NCBI GenBank assembly: GCA_036383495.1
Contig: DASVOF010000004.1
Span: 192-64,191, forward strand
Direction: 5' to 3'
DNA length: 64,000 nt
Source of the DNA: Sphingobium sp.
GTDB taxonomy: Bacteria > Pseudomonadota > Alphaproteobacteria > Sphingomonadales > Sphingomonadaceae
Within the stretch, counting starts at the first letter, position 1, and the number at the start of each line of letters is the position of its first letter. Shown piece after piece: positions 30,782-40,705 of the stretch. The notes below the pieces were generated by a model. The model searched no databases. It was not told the origin of the DNA and saw only the letters and a list, made by a program, of their open reading frames with translations. A program made the position numbers and the translations under genes.

Positions 30782-31456
30782 TCACTCGGACAGCGGCGGC
30801 GCTTCGAACCGATCTATCACCCATTCCTCGGCCTGGGCTCCGCCGATCCATTCCTGCATCCAGGGATGAGAAATGACCGCCTGCATATAGGCTTCGGCAA
30901 AGCGGGCCACGGGGAGTTGATAGGTGATGAAGCGCGTCACTACCGGCGCAAACATCACGTCGGCCGCTCCGAATTCGCCGAACAGGAAATCGCCTGTGCC
31001 GCCATAACGCGCGCGCGCCTGCGCCCATAGCTGCATGATGCGGCCGATATCCTGCTCCACCGCCTCCGACGGCGGGACGGGCGGGTAGATCTGGCGGATG
31101 TTCATGCTGTGCTCGCGGCGCAGCGCGGCGAAGCTGGAGTGCATCTCCGCCGCCATCGACCGGGCCATCGCCCGCGCGGCCGCATCGGCGGGCCAGAATT
31201 TCTCGCCGTCCGATTTTTCGTTCAGATATTCGATGATGGCCAGGCTGTCCCAAACGACGATGTCATCGCCGTCCCACAGGATCGGCACCTTGCCGGAAGA
31301 GGGCGCGAACTCGTCCCCCTCGCGCCGCTTTTCCCATGCCTCGTCATAAAGCGGCACGACCACTTCCTCGAACGGCAGGCCGGACAGCTTGCACGCCAGC
31401 CAGCCGCGCAGCGACCAGCTCGAATAAGCCTTGTTTCCAATGAATAGCTTCATCAT
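30782..31456 (-). CDS. Glutathione S-transferase family protein
   Basis: GNKAYSSWSLRGW, PSSGKVP, WDSLAIIEYL. Confidence 0.93.
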   Translation of the reverse strand: MMKLFIGNKAYSSWSLRGWLACKLSGLPFEEVVVPLYDEAWEKRREGDEFAPSSGKVPILWDGDDIVVWDSLAIIEYLNEKSDGEKFWPADAAARAMARSMAAEMHSSFAALRREHSMNIRQIYPPVPPSEAVEQDIGRIMQLWAQARARYGGTGDFLFGEFGAADVMFAPVVTRFITYQLPVARFAEAYMQAVISHPWMQEWIGGAQAEEWVIDRFEAPPLSE

Positions 31457-31622
31457 CCCTCCTCTTTAGCCGGGGGCGGGAAGGGAAGTCGAGAGCGTCG
31501 GCGCGCGCCAAGCGCAACGCCCCGCTTTTCGCCCGCGAAATTTCTGTGCGGCGAAGGCTGGATAGGACGGCCTCCGGATCGTAAGCGTGATGACAAGAAG
31601 TAAGATCGGGTCGGGGAGTGAC

Positions 31623-32414
31623 ATGGATATATTGCACGGGGTGGCCGGCCTGTTCGTCGGGCTGATGGTGGGGATGACGGGGGTTGGCGGCGGATCGCTG
31701 ATGGCGCCGATCCTGATCCTGCTGTTCGGCGTCGCGCCCGCGACCGCCGTCGGCACGGACCTGTGGTTCGCCTCCCTCACCAAGGCGGTGGGCGGCGTGG
31801 TCCATCACCGGCATGGCGGCGCCGATGGCGGACCCGATTATCAGGTGGTCAAGCGCCTCTGCATGGGGAGCCTTCCCGCAGCGCTGATCACCATCCTCAT
31901 CCTGTCCCACACGCATATTCAGCAGATGAAGACGGGCATCGTCACCGCGTCGCTCGGCTGCGTCCTGATCGCCACCGCCGTCGCGATGTTGCTGCGGGGG
32001 CGTTTCCACCGCTGGGCGCTGGCCCGGCGGGTCGGCACGGCGGATCGGTTCACGCGCCTTCAGCCGGCGCTGACCGTCGGGGCGGGCGCGTTGCTGGGCT
32101 TCATGGTGACGCTGACTTCGGTAGGGGCGGGAGCGATCGGCGCGACGCTGCTGCTGGCGCTCTATCCCATTCGCATGCGGATGCAGCGGCTGGTGGCGAC
32201 CGACATCGTCCACGCCGTTCCGCTGACGCTGGTGGCGGGCCTGGGCCATCTGTGGATCGGCAACGTCAATCCGCTGCTGCTGGTGAACCTGCTCGCCGGA
32301 TCGCTGCCGGGGATCATCATCGGATCGCTGCTGGCGACGCGGGTGTCGGAGCGGGTGCTCCAACCATTGCTGGCGATCGTGCTGGTCGTCGTCGGCTGGC
32401 GGCTTGTCGCCTGA
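31623..32414 (+). CDS. TauE/SafE (TSUP) family membrane transporter
   Basis: GMTGVGGGSLMAP, AVGTDL, LTSVGAG, VATDIVHAVPL. Confidence 0.9.
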   Translation: MDILHGVAGLFVGLMVGMTGVGGGSLMAPILILLFGVAPATAVGTDLWFASLTKAVGGVVHHRHGGADGGPDYQVVKRLCMGSLPAALITILILSHTHIQQMKTGIVTASLGCVLIATAVAMLLRGRFHRWALARRVGTADRFTRLQPALTVGAGALLGFMVTLTSVGAGAIGATLLLALYPIRMRMQRLVATDIVHAVPLTLVAGLGHLWIGNVNPLLLVNLLAGSLPGIIIGSLLATRVSERVLQPLLAIVLVVVGWRLVA

Positions 32415-32429
32415 GCGGACGGAAAAGGA

Positions 32430-32503
32430 TGGAGGCCCGAGCCGGAATCGAACCGGCGTGCACGGATTTGCAGTCCGCTGCGTCACCACTCCGCCATCGG
32501 GCC
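32430..32503 (-). tRNA. tRNA-Cys (GCA)
   Basis: Reverse complement GGCCCGATGGCGGAGTGGTGACGCAGCGGACTGCAAATCCGTGCACGCCGGTTCGATTCCGGCTCGGGCCTCCA: cloverleaf, TTCGA T-loop, encoded CCA. Confidence 0.97.
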
Positions 32504-32693
32504 ATCCGGTGGTGGACGCCGCAAATGTGAGGCTTTTGGTTCAAAGTCAAGCGCGGCCATGGCGAACGATCCCAAGATTCTCGTTCCCCGGCGTCTAAAG
32601 CCGCTTGGCGTTGACAGTCCGCTGATTTAGAGGTCCGTTTATGTCAGTGCTGTATTGCTTTGCCAATACAGTTGTGCCAATCGGGGAATTGTC

Positions 32694-33326
32694 GTGACCG
32701 ATCAGAATTTTTCATCGATGCGGGCCGCCATGGTCGAAAGCCAGCTTCGCACCAGCGATGTGGACGACCAGCGCGTGATCGCCGCGATGGCGCGGGTCGC
32801 GCGCGAGGATTTCGTGCCGGCCGAGCGCCGCGCCATGGCCTATGTCGATCGCCCGATCCCGCTTGGTAACGGACGCGCGCTCAACCCGCCTTTGGTGACG
32901 GGCCGCCTGCTCAAGGAAGCGCATGTCGAGCCGGGCGACCGCGTCCTCCTGATCGGCGCAGCCACGGGTTACAGCGCGGCGTTGCTGTCCGCGCTCGGCG
33001 CGCAGGTGACGGCGGTGGAGGAAGAGGGCGGTCCCGATCCGGCGTCGAACGCCGCCACGATCGTGCGTGGCTCGCTCAAGGCCGGCGCTCCCGATGGCGC
33101 GCCCTATGACGTCCTGTTCATCGACGGAGCCGTGGAGGAAGTGCCAGCGGCGCTCGTTCAGCAACTTGGCGATGGCGCGCGCGTCGTGACGGGGATCGTC
33201 GAGCGCGGCGTCACCCGCCTGTGCAGCGGACGCGTGGCCGGCGGCGTGCTGGGGCTCGCCAGCCTCGCCGACATGGAAATGGTTGTTCTGCCGGGCTTCG
33301 CCGCGCCGGAACGTTTTCTTTTCTAA
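32694..33326 (+). CDS. Protein-L-isoaspartate O-methyltransferase family protein
   Basis: RAAMVESQLR, REDFVP, GAATGYSAA, PYDVLFIDG. Confidence 0.9.
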   Translation: MTDQNFSSMRAAMVESQLRTSDVDDQRVIAAMARVAREDFVPAERRAMAYVDRPIPLGNGRALNPPLVTGRLLKEAHVEPGDRVLLIGAATGYSAALLSALGAQVTAVEEEGGPDPASNAATIVRGSLKAGAPDGAPYDVLFIDGAVEEVPAALVQQLGDGARVVTGIVERGVTRLCSGRVAGGVLGLASLADMEMVVLPGFAAPERFLF

Positions 33327-33341
33327 CGGACCGGGGAAGTC

Positions 33342-34829
33342 ATGACGGCAAGGCAATTCTTCATTCGGCGCTCCGCCGCCACGGCTTTGCTGCTCGTCTC
33401 TTCCGCCATGGCCGGAGCGGCCGGCGCGGAAACGCTCCAGGGTGCGCTGGCCCAGGCCTATCGGGCCAACCCGACGCTCACCGGCGCGCGCGCGCAGCAG
33501 CGGGCCACGGACGAAAATGTCCCCATCCGCAAGGCGGACGGACGGCCCGCTCTGGAAGCCAATACGAGCTTTACCGAAAGCGTTTTGAAGCCGACGATCA
33601 GCTTCACGTCGCCGCAACGCACCCTGAGTGCGAACGCACAGGTCACGGTGCCCATCTATGCGGGTGGCGCGGTGCGAAACGGCGTTAAAGCGGCGAAGAC
33701 CCGCGTCGAAGCCGGGCAGGCCAATCTGCGCGGCACGGAGGCGTCCATCTTCTCGCAGGTGGTCGCCGCCTATATGGACGTGATCCGCGACAGCGCGATC
33801 GTCTCGCTCAACATGGCCAATGTGAATGTGCTGGAGGTCAACCTCCAGGCATCCAATGACCGGTTCGAGGTAGGCGACCTTACCCGCACCGACGTCGCCC
33901 AGTCCGAATCGCGCCTCGCCCTCGCCCGATCGGACTTGCAGACGGCCGAGGCCAATCTCATCGGCAGCCGGGAAAATTACATCGCGCTGGTGGGTTCGCC
34001 GCCGGACGACCTGCAACCGCCGCCGCCGCTGCCCGGCGCTCCCGCCTCGCCGGAGATTGCGGTGCAAGTGGCGCTGGCTGACAATCCCGACATTCTCGCC
34101 GCAAAAAAAGCCAAAGAAGCGGCTGGATATGATGTGCGCGTTGCGAAAGCCGGCCCCCTTCCCAAGATCTCGGCCTTTACCCAGGGCAGCTACACGAATT
34201 TCCTCAATACGCAGGATTATCTCGACAATGTCGGAAATCCCATCGCTGGACCGCAGATCAACAAGCAAGCGGGCGCTGGCGTTCAATTGACGCTGCCCCT
34301 CTATCAGGGCGGCCGCCCCGCCGCGCAGGTGCGGCGGAACCAGGCGCTGGAATCGCAGGCGATCGAACAGGAGATCGAGGTCGAGCGCGGCGTCATCGCC
34401 CAGACCCGTTCCGCCTATGCCAGCTGGCAGGCGTCGCTCCAGAGCATCCAGTCGAACCAGAAGGCGGTCGAGGCCGCCAACCTGTCGCTCGAAGGTGTGC
34501 GCGCGGAAAATTCCGTCGGCAGCCGCACCATCCTCGACATATTGAATGCCGAGCAAGAGGCGTTGAACGCCAAGGTCCAGCTCGTGTCCGCGCGGCGCAA
34601 CGCCTATGTCGCGGGCTTCAGCCTGCTCGCCGCCATGGGCCATGCCGAAGCGGACGACCTAAGCCTCGAAACCGGCGCGCTCTACGACCCCATGGTTAAT
34701 TATGAGCGGGTGAAGGGCAAATGGTTCGATTGGGATTTCGATCCCGCGCCGCGGCGCCAGGCGACGCCCACCGTTGACACGCCGGCACAAAATGCCAATG
34801 TTCCAGCTGGTTTGGCGCAGCAACCGTAA
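33342..34829 (+). CDS. tolC: TolC family outer membrane protein
   Basis: ETLQGALAQAYRANP, RFEVGDLTRTDVAQ, VGSRTILDILNAEQ. Confidence 0.93.
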   Translation: MTARQFFIRRSAATALLLVSSAMAGAAGAETLQGALAQAYRANPTLTGARAQQRATDENVPIRKADGRPALEANTSFTESVLKPTISFTSPQRTLSANAQVTVPIYAGGAVRNGVKAAKTRVEAGQANLRGTEASIFSQVVAAYMDVIRDSAIVSLNMANVNVLEVNLQASNDRFEVGDLTRTDVAQSESRLALARSDLQTAEANLIGSRENYIALVGSPPDDLQPPPPLPGAPASPEIAVQVALADNPDILAAKKAKEAAGYDVRVAKAGPLPKISAFTQGSYTNFLNTQDYLDNVGNPIAGPQINKQAGAGVQLTLPLYQGGRPAAQVRRNQALESQAIEQEIEVERGVIAQTRSAYASWQASLQSIQSNQKAVEAANLSLEGVRAENSVGSRTILDILNAEQEALNAKVQLVSARRNAYVAGFSLLAAMGHAEADDLSLETGALYDPMVNYERVKGKWFDWDFDPAPRRQATPTVDTPAQNANVPAGLAQQP

Positions 34830-34848
34830 AGGTTAACACGGGGTATCC

Positions 34849-35337
34849 ATGGGCGACATGAGCAAGGAACCCTCGATGGAGGACATCCTTTCTTCCATAA
34901 AGCGGATCATCGCGGAGGAAGGGGAAGAGGCTGTGCAGCCCGTGTCGCGTCGCGGCCGGTCGGATGCGGCGGGCAAGCAGGCGCCGGACGCCGCAGCGGC
35001 CGATGTCGCCCCTGCGCTGGAGGAAGTGCTGGAACTGACCGACGAGGTTGGAGCGGAGGAGCCGATGCCTGCCCACAAGACGTCCCGCGCCGCCTCGATC
35101 GAAACGCCCGAGGAGGACGGTTCCATCCTGTCGGTCGAGAGCGAGGTCGCCGCGCGCCATTCGCTCTCCACGCTCTCGTCAATGCTGGTGGCGCCCAAAG
35201 AGGGCGAGGATAATACGCTGGACGGGCTTGTCCGCTCGATGCTGAAGCCGATGCTGAAGGAATGGCTGGACGCGCGTCTGCCTGCGCTGGTCGAGGACAT
35301 GGTCGCCAGGGAAATCGCCCGCATCACTGCGCGTTGA
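34849..35337 (+). CDS. popZ: Polar organizing protein PopZ (DUF2497)
   Basis: EPSMEDILSSIKRII; TLDGLVRSMLKPMLKEWLD; tolC-popZ-valS synteny. Confidence 0.92.
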   Translation: MGDMSKEPSMEDILSSIKRIIAEEGEEAVQPVSRRGRSDAAGKQAPDAAAADVAPALEEVLELTDEVGAEEPMPAHKTSRAASIETPEEDGSILSVESEVAARHSLSTLSSMLVAPKEGEDNTLDGLVRSMLKPMLKEWLDARLPALVEDMVAREIARITAR

Positions 35338-35430
35338 GGGGGGCAGAGGGGCTGGCTCGCAAACATAGTCAGGGAAATATACCTTTCCTAAATAAGGCCT
35401 GAGCATTATCTTGCTCGCAGAGGTAATCAA

Positions 35431-35625
35431 ATGATCGACAAGCGTCCCAGTGATCTCCCCACGAAATGGAAGCGGGCTCCCAACGGCGAGATGATCGCCG
35501 TGAAGGTCGTGCAATCCGAAAGCGAGACGCTGGAATATGATCTGCTCGCTGCTTTCCGTTCCAATGTGCGCCGATTGAAGCGGGAGCGCAGAGCCCGGGC
35601 CAAAGATGCAGATATCGCCGCGTAA
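35431..35625 (+). CDS. Small hypothetical protein, candidate partner/antitoxin
   Basis: GAGGT SD; overlaps the downstream P-loop ORF by 20 nt. Confidence 0.6.
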   Translation: MIDKRPSDLPTKWKRAPNGEMIAVKVVQSESETLEYDLLAAFRSNVRRLKRERRARAKDADIAA

Positions 35626-36229
35626 GGCGGACAAGCCATCACTGTGGATTATCGCGGGCCCTAATGGCTCGGGTAAGAGTACGCTTTATAATCGAACAGA
35701 CATTGACGGGTGGGGTGGCTCCATCTGGATCATCAATCCAGACCTTCTCACCCTGCGCCTCACCGAACAGGAAGGGCTTACGCAAAACCACGCCAATCGC
35801 GCGGCGCTTGACCGTATTCAGGCGTGGCTCGATGCGTCGATCGAAGTGCATCAGACGATTGGTGTGGAGACGGTGTTGTCCACGTCCAAATATCGCGCGC
35901 TTGTCGATCGGGCGAAGGATCGCGGCTTCGATGTGCGGATGCTCTACGTAGTTCTCGATTCGGCGGAGCTTCAGATCGAACGGGTCAGGTTGAGGGTGTC
36001 CGAAGGCGGACATAACGTCCCGGCGGAGAAGATCATTTCGCGACGAGCCCGGTCATTCCAGCAACTCGCGCTCTTCGCCAAGCATCTCGATTATCTCGCC
36101 ATATTCGACAATTCTCGAGGTGAACCCAATCTCGTGGCGATCAAGAAATATAAAAAGCCTTTGACCGTACTGGACCGTTTACCACCCGACCTCCAACAGG
36201 TTCTGGAGAGCAATCTGCTGTTCGGATGA
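35606..36229 (+). CDS. Zeta-toxin-like P-loop kinase/ATPase
   Basis: IIAGPNGSGKST, INPD, ETVLS, ERVRLRVSEGGHNVP, FDNS. Confidence 0.88.
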   Translation: MQISPRKADKPSLWIIAGPNGSGKSTLYNRTDIDGWGGSIWIINPDLLTLRLTEQEGLTQNHANRAALDRIQAWLDASIEVHQTIGVETVLSTSKYRALVDRAKDRGFDVRMLYVVLDSAELQIERVRLRVSEGGHNVPAEKIISRRARSFQQLALFAKHLDYLAIFDNSRGEPNLVAIKKYKKPLTVLDRLPPDLQQVLESNLLFG

Positions 36230-36274
36230 AGCGCACTGTTTGATCTTGCGGATGTTGCGGTTAAAGCCCCAGCC

Positions 36275-39214
36275 ATGACCGAACTGCCCAAGACCTTCGA
36301 CCCCGCCGAAATCGAGTCCCGCTGGTACGCCCATTGGGAGGAGAATGGCCTGTTCCGCCCGGAACGCCCCAATGCCGAGCCCTTCACCATCGTGAACCCG
36401 CCGCCGAACGTGACGGGCAGCCTGCATATTGGCCATGCGCTCGACAATACGTTGCAGGATATCGTGATCCGCTATGAGCGGCTGCGCGGCAAGGATGCGC
36501 TGTGGGTCGTGGGCACCGACCATGCGGGCATCGCGACGCAGATGGTGGTCGAGCGGCAGATGGAGGCGCGGCAGGACAAGCGCACCAACTATACGCGCGA
36601 CCAGTTCATCGAGAAGGTCTGGGAATGGAAGGGCGAGAGCGGCGGCGCGATCACGCGGCAGCTGCGGCGGCTGGGATGCTCTATGGATTGGGCCAATGAG
36701 CGCTTCACCATGGATGAGGGCTTTTCGCGCGCCGTCATCAAGACGTTCGTGGAGTTGCACAAACGCGGCCTGCTCTATCGCGACAAGCGGCTGGTGAACT
36801 GGGACCCGCGCTTCCGCTCGGCTATCTCCGATCTGGAGGTCGAGACGCAGGAGGTGAAGGGCGGCTTCTGGCACTTCCGCTATCCGCTGGCGGATGGGGT
36901 TCGCCTTCCCGATGGCGCGGACCATATCGTCGTCGCCACTACGCGGCCCGAGACGATGCTGGCGGATATGGCGGTCGCGGTGCATCCCGAAGATCCGCGC
37001 TACAAGGACGTTATCGGCAAGGACATTCTCCAGCCGATCACCGGCCGCCGGTTCAAGATCGTGGGCGACGATTATGCCGATCCGGAGCTGGGATCAGGCG
37101 CGGTGAAGATCACGCCGGGGCATGACTTCAACGACTTCGAAGTGGGCAAGCGGGCGGGCTTTAAGCCGGCCGGGATGCTCAACATGTTCGACGCCGACGC
37201 CAATGTGATCCAGACCGCTGACGGGCTGATCCCCGAGCGCTTCCTGGGGTTGCACCGTTTCAAGCGTGATGGCGTGGATGGCGCGCGTGAGCTGGTCGTG
37301 GCCGAGATGAAGGCGCTGGGGATGCTGGTCCCGCATGTCTCGAAGAACAAGGATGGCGAGGAGGTTGAGGCCGATTTCGAGCCGCGCACCATCCAGACGC
37401 CCTTCGGCGACCGTTCCGGCGTGGTGATCGAGCCGTGGCTGACCGACCAATGGTATGTCGATGCGGAGAAGCTCGCGGTCGCGCCGATGCAGGCGGTGCG
37501 CGACGGGCGGATCGAGATCGTGCCCAAGACGTGGGAAAAGACCTTCTTTAACTGGATGGAGAATATCCAGCCCTGGTGCGTGTCGCGGCAGCTTTGGTGG
37601 GGGCATCGGATTCCGGCTTGGTTTGGGCCCCATACCAACAACGGTGCAATCATCCCTTCCTTGGGGACACATATCTTCGTCGCGGAAACCGAGGAGGAAA
37701 TGTTTGCGCAGGCGCGGGAATGCTATGGCGAAAGCGTCGAGATCGTCATTGCCGCCTCCAGAACCGAAGCAGCGGAAATCGGACATCATCCGACGAAAGC
37801 GGTTCTGTATCGCGACCCAGATGTGCTCGACACTTGGTTCTCCTCCGCGCTCTGGCCCTTCGGTACGCTGGGCTGGCCGGAAGAAGAAACCTCCGTTCGC
37901 CCTGAGCTTGTCGAAGGGCAATCCTTCTCTTCGGAGGAAAAGGAAGGGGCTTCGACAGGCTCAGCCCGAACGGGTCGGAGTTTGTTGCAGCGCCACTACC
38001 CCAACGACCTGCTGATTTCCGGCTTCGACATCCTGTTTTTCTGGGATGCGCGCATGGCGATGCAGGGGATGGAGTTCATGGGCGATGTGCCGTGGCGCAA
38101 GCTCTACCTCCACGGCCTCGTGCGCGCGGCGGACGGCCAGAAAATGTCCAAGTCCAAGGGCAATGTCGTCGACCCGCTCGGCCTGATCGACAAGTTCGGC
38201 GCCGACGCGCTGCGCTTCTTCATGTCGGCCATGGAAAGCCAGGGCCGCGACGTGAAGATGGATGAGAAGCGCGTCGAGGGTTATCGCAACTTCGCGACCA
38301 AGCTGTGGAATGCCACCCGTTTCGCCATGGCCAACGGCATCGGCGCCAGCACCTCCGTGGCGGCGCCCGAAGCGACCCTGCCGGTCAACAGATGGATCAT
38401 CGGCGAGGTTGTGGAAACCGTCGCCGCACTCGACAAGGCGATGGCGGAATTGCGTTTCGACGCCGCCGCCAACGCGATCTATCATTTCGTCTGGGACCAG
38501 TTTTGCGACTGGTATCTGGAAAGGATCAAGCCCACGCTGGGCGAAGAAGCGGCAATCCCGCCTTATGGAGCGCAGCAGGCAGAGGAGACGCGCGCCGTGG
38601 CCGGATGGGTGCTGGACCAGATATTGGTCATGCTCCACCCGTTCATGCCGTTCATCACTGAGGAATTGTGGGGAGCGCTGGGACCGCGCGACAACAGGCT
38701 TATCGTCGCGCAATGGCCCGATCCCAAGGCGTCGGTCGACCCCGATGCGAAGGCGTCGATAGAATGGTTCATCAGGCTGGTAGGGGATACCAGAGCGGCC
38801 AAGAATGAACTGGGCATCGCGCCCGGAACGCGCCTGAAGGCCTATGTCCGGGACGCCAGCGGCGATACGCAGGACAATATCAACCGACACTTCACCGCCC
38901 TTGCCAAGCTCGCCCGGCTCGACATCGTGACCGACGGGGCAGCGCCGGAAGGCGCGTCGATCCAGATCGTGGTGGATGAGGCGACGTTCACGATACCCCT
39001 CGAAGGCGTCATCGACATCGCCTCCGAAAAGGCGCGGCTCGCCAAGGCGCTGGCGGCGGCGGAGAAGGAGCGGGATTCGCTGGGCGGTCGCCTGTCGAAC
39101 CCCGCCTTCGTCGAAAAGGCCAAGCCCGACGCCGTGGCCAAGGCGCGCGAGGACCATGCCGAAAAGACCGCCGAGGCGGAGAGATTGAAGGCGGCGCTGG
39201 AACGGCTTGCCTGA
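36275..39214 (+). CDS. valS: Valine-tRNA ligase, carrying an in-frame palindromic repeat
   Basis: [32 protein letters not shown]. Confidence 0.97.
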   Translation: MTELPKTFDPAEIESRWYAHWEENGLFRPERPNAEPFTIVNPPPNVTGSLHIGHALDNTLQDIVIRYERLRGKDALWVVGTDHAGIATQMVVERQMEARQDKRTNYTRDQFIEKVWEWKGESGGAITRQLRRLGCSMDWANERFTMDEGFSRAVIKTFVELHKRGLLYRDKRLVNWDPRFRSAISDLEVETQEVKGGFWHFRYPLADGVRLPDGADHIVVATTRPETMLADMAVAVHPEDPRYKDVIGKDILQPITGRRFKIVGDDYADPELGSGAVKITPGHDFNDFEVGKRAGFKPAGMLNMFDADANVIQTADGLIPERFLGLHRFKRDGVDGARELVVAEMKALGMLVPHVSKNKDGEEVEADFEPRTIQTPFGDRSGVVIEPWLTDQWYVDAEKLAVAPMQAVRDGRIEIVPKTWEKTFFNWMENIQPWCVSRQLWWGHRIPAWFGPHTNNGAIIPSLGTHIFVAETEEEMFAQARECYGESVEIVIAASRTEAAEIGHHPTKAVLYRDPDVLDTWFSSALWPFGTLGWPEEETSVRPELVEGQSFSSEEKEGASTGSARTGRSLLQRHYPNDLLISGFDILFFWDARMAMQGMEFMGDVPWRKLYLHGLVRAADGQKMSKSKGNVVDPLGLIDKFGADALRFFMSAMESQGRDVKMDEKRVEGYRNFATKLWNATRFAMANGIGASTSVAAPEATLPVNRWIIGEVVETVAALDKAMAELRFDAAANAIYHFVWDQFCDWYLERIKPTLGEEAAIPPYGAQQAEETRAVAGWVLDQILVMLHPFMPFITEELWGALGPRDNRLIVAQWPDPKASVDPDAKASIEWFIRLVGDTRAAKNELGIAPGTRLKAYVRDASGDTQDNINRHFTALAKLARLDIVTDGAAPEGASIQIVVDEATFTIPLEGVIDIASEKARLAKALAAAEKERDSLGGRLSNPAFVEKAKPDAVAKAREDHAEKTAEAERLKAALERLA
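37893..37973. repeat. REP doublet, family D (81 bp), inside the valS coding sequence
   Basis: Arms identical to the intergenic copy at 29272; translated as [28 protein letters not shown]. Confidence 0.93.
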
Positions 39215-39253
39215 TCCAGCGCCTTCCATCACGATAGAAAAAACAGGGAGATA

Positions 39254-40699
39254 TTGGTGCAAAGGGGCGGGAAAGACCTGACGCAGGGGCCGATTGCGTC
39301 GACGTTGCTGCTGTTCGCATTGCCGACGCTCGGGTCCAATATCCTGCAATCGCTGAACGGATCGATCAACACCATATGGGTGGGTCGTTTCCTGGGCGAG
39401 CGGGCGGTCGCCGCGACGACCAACGCGAACATCATCATGTTCCTAATGTTCTCGATCGTCTTCGGGCTCGGTATGGCCTCCACGGTGCTGATCGCGCAGG
39501 CGACCGGCGCGCGCGATATGGATGCGGCGCGGCGGGCGTTCGGGTCGGCGATAGGATTCTGCTTTCTCTTCTCGTTGCTGATTTCGGTGGCGGGATGGCT
39601 GGGCGCACCCGCTTTGCTGCACATGCTCGCGACCCCGGCGGAAGCGTTCGATCCGGCGCTCGCCTATCTGCGCGTCATCTTCATCTCCATGCCCGCGACG
39701 CTGCTCAGCATCATGATGACGATGGGGGTGCGCGGGATCGGGGATGCGCGCACGCCCTTTTATTTCATGCTGCTCAATGTCGGGCTCGACCTTGTTCTCA
39801 ACCCGGTTCTGATCCTGGGGCTGGGGCCCATCCCCGCCATGGGAATCGCCGGATCGGCTGGGGCGAGCGCCGTCGCCGGCTTCATCAGCTTCGTCGCGCT
39901 GGTTGCCTATACCTATCGCCGCGACCTGCCGATCCGCTTGAGGGGAGCGGAATGGGCCTATCTGCGCCCGTCCATGCCGCAACTGCGGATTCTGGTCGGC
40001 AAGGGGTTGCCGATGGGATTGCAGATGATCGTGGCGTCGGTATCGGGCATCCTCATGATCGGGCTCGTCAATCGCGAGGGGTTGTTGGCGACGGCGGCCT
40101 ATGGCGCGGCGCAGCAGCTCTGGTCCTATCTGCAGATGCCCGCCATGGCCATTGGCGGCGCGGTCAGCGCCATGGCGGCGCAGAATGTCGGCGCGGGCCG
40201 ATGGGACAGGATCGGACGGATCGCCAATTACGGGCTCTGCTATTTGCTGGGGTTCACCGGCGTCATGGTCGCGTTGATGCTGTGGTTCCACCATCCGCTG
40301 CTGGCGCTGTTCCTGGGCGGCTCCAGCCCCGCCATCCCGATGGCCTGGCATATGCAGTTGATCGCGAGTTGGAGCTTCATCCTGTTCGGTGGCGCGATGA
40401 TCTATTTCGGCATCATGCGCGCCAACGGCGTGGTCATGATGCCGCTTATCATCATGATCCTGTCGCTGTTCGTCGCGCGGCTCGGCTTTTACGTGATCGC
40501 CTATCCCCGCATCGGGCCGGATGCGTTGTGGTGGAGCTTTCCGGCGGGCTCGGCAACCGCGCTGGTATTGGCGGCGGCGGTCTATTATCGCGGGGGCTGG
40601 CGCAAGGCGCGGTTGATGGTCCCGCCGACCGATGAAGAGTGCGTCGAAACGGCCAATTCGGAAGCGGAACCCACCGGGCGTATCGTGCCGGTCGGTTGA
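39254..40699 (+). CDS. MATE family efflux transporter
   Basis: DLTQGPI, RGIGDARTP, LNPVLILG, MGIAG; about 12 TM segments. Confidence 0.92.
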   Translation: MVQRGGKDLTQGPIASTLLLFALPTLGSNILQSLNGSINTIWVGRFLGERAVAATTNANIIMFLMFSIVFGLGMASTVLIAQATGARDMDAARRAFGSAIGFCFLFSLLISVAGWLGAPALLHMLATPAEAFDPALAYLRVIFISMPATLLSIMMTMGVRGIGDARTPFYFMLLNVGLDLVLNPVLILGLGPIPAMGIAGSAGASAVAGFISFVALVAYTYRRDLPIRLRGAEWAYLRPSMPQLRILVGKGLPMGLQMIVASVSGILMIGLVNREGLLATAAYGAAQQLWSYLQMPAMAIGGAVSAMAAQNVGAGRWDRIGRIANYGLCYLLGFTGVMVALMLWFHHPLLALFLGGSSPAIPMAWHMQLIASWSFILFGGAMIYFGIMRANGVVMMPLIIMILSLFVARLGFYVIAYPRIGPDALWWSFPAGSATALVLAAAVYYRGGWRKARLMVPPTDEECVETANSEAEPTGRIVPVG

Positions 40700-40705
40700 T
40701 CCGAC

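Noticed and set aside
30393-32503. tRNA-Cys as the attachment site of an island
   Set aside because: No integrase, and no duplicate of the tRNA 3' end was found by eye; the neighbouring TauE and GST genes look host-like.
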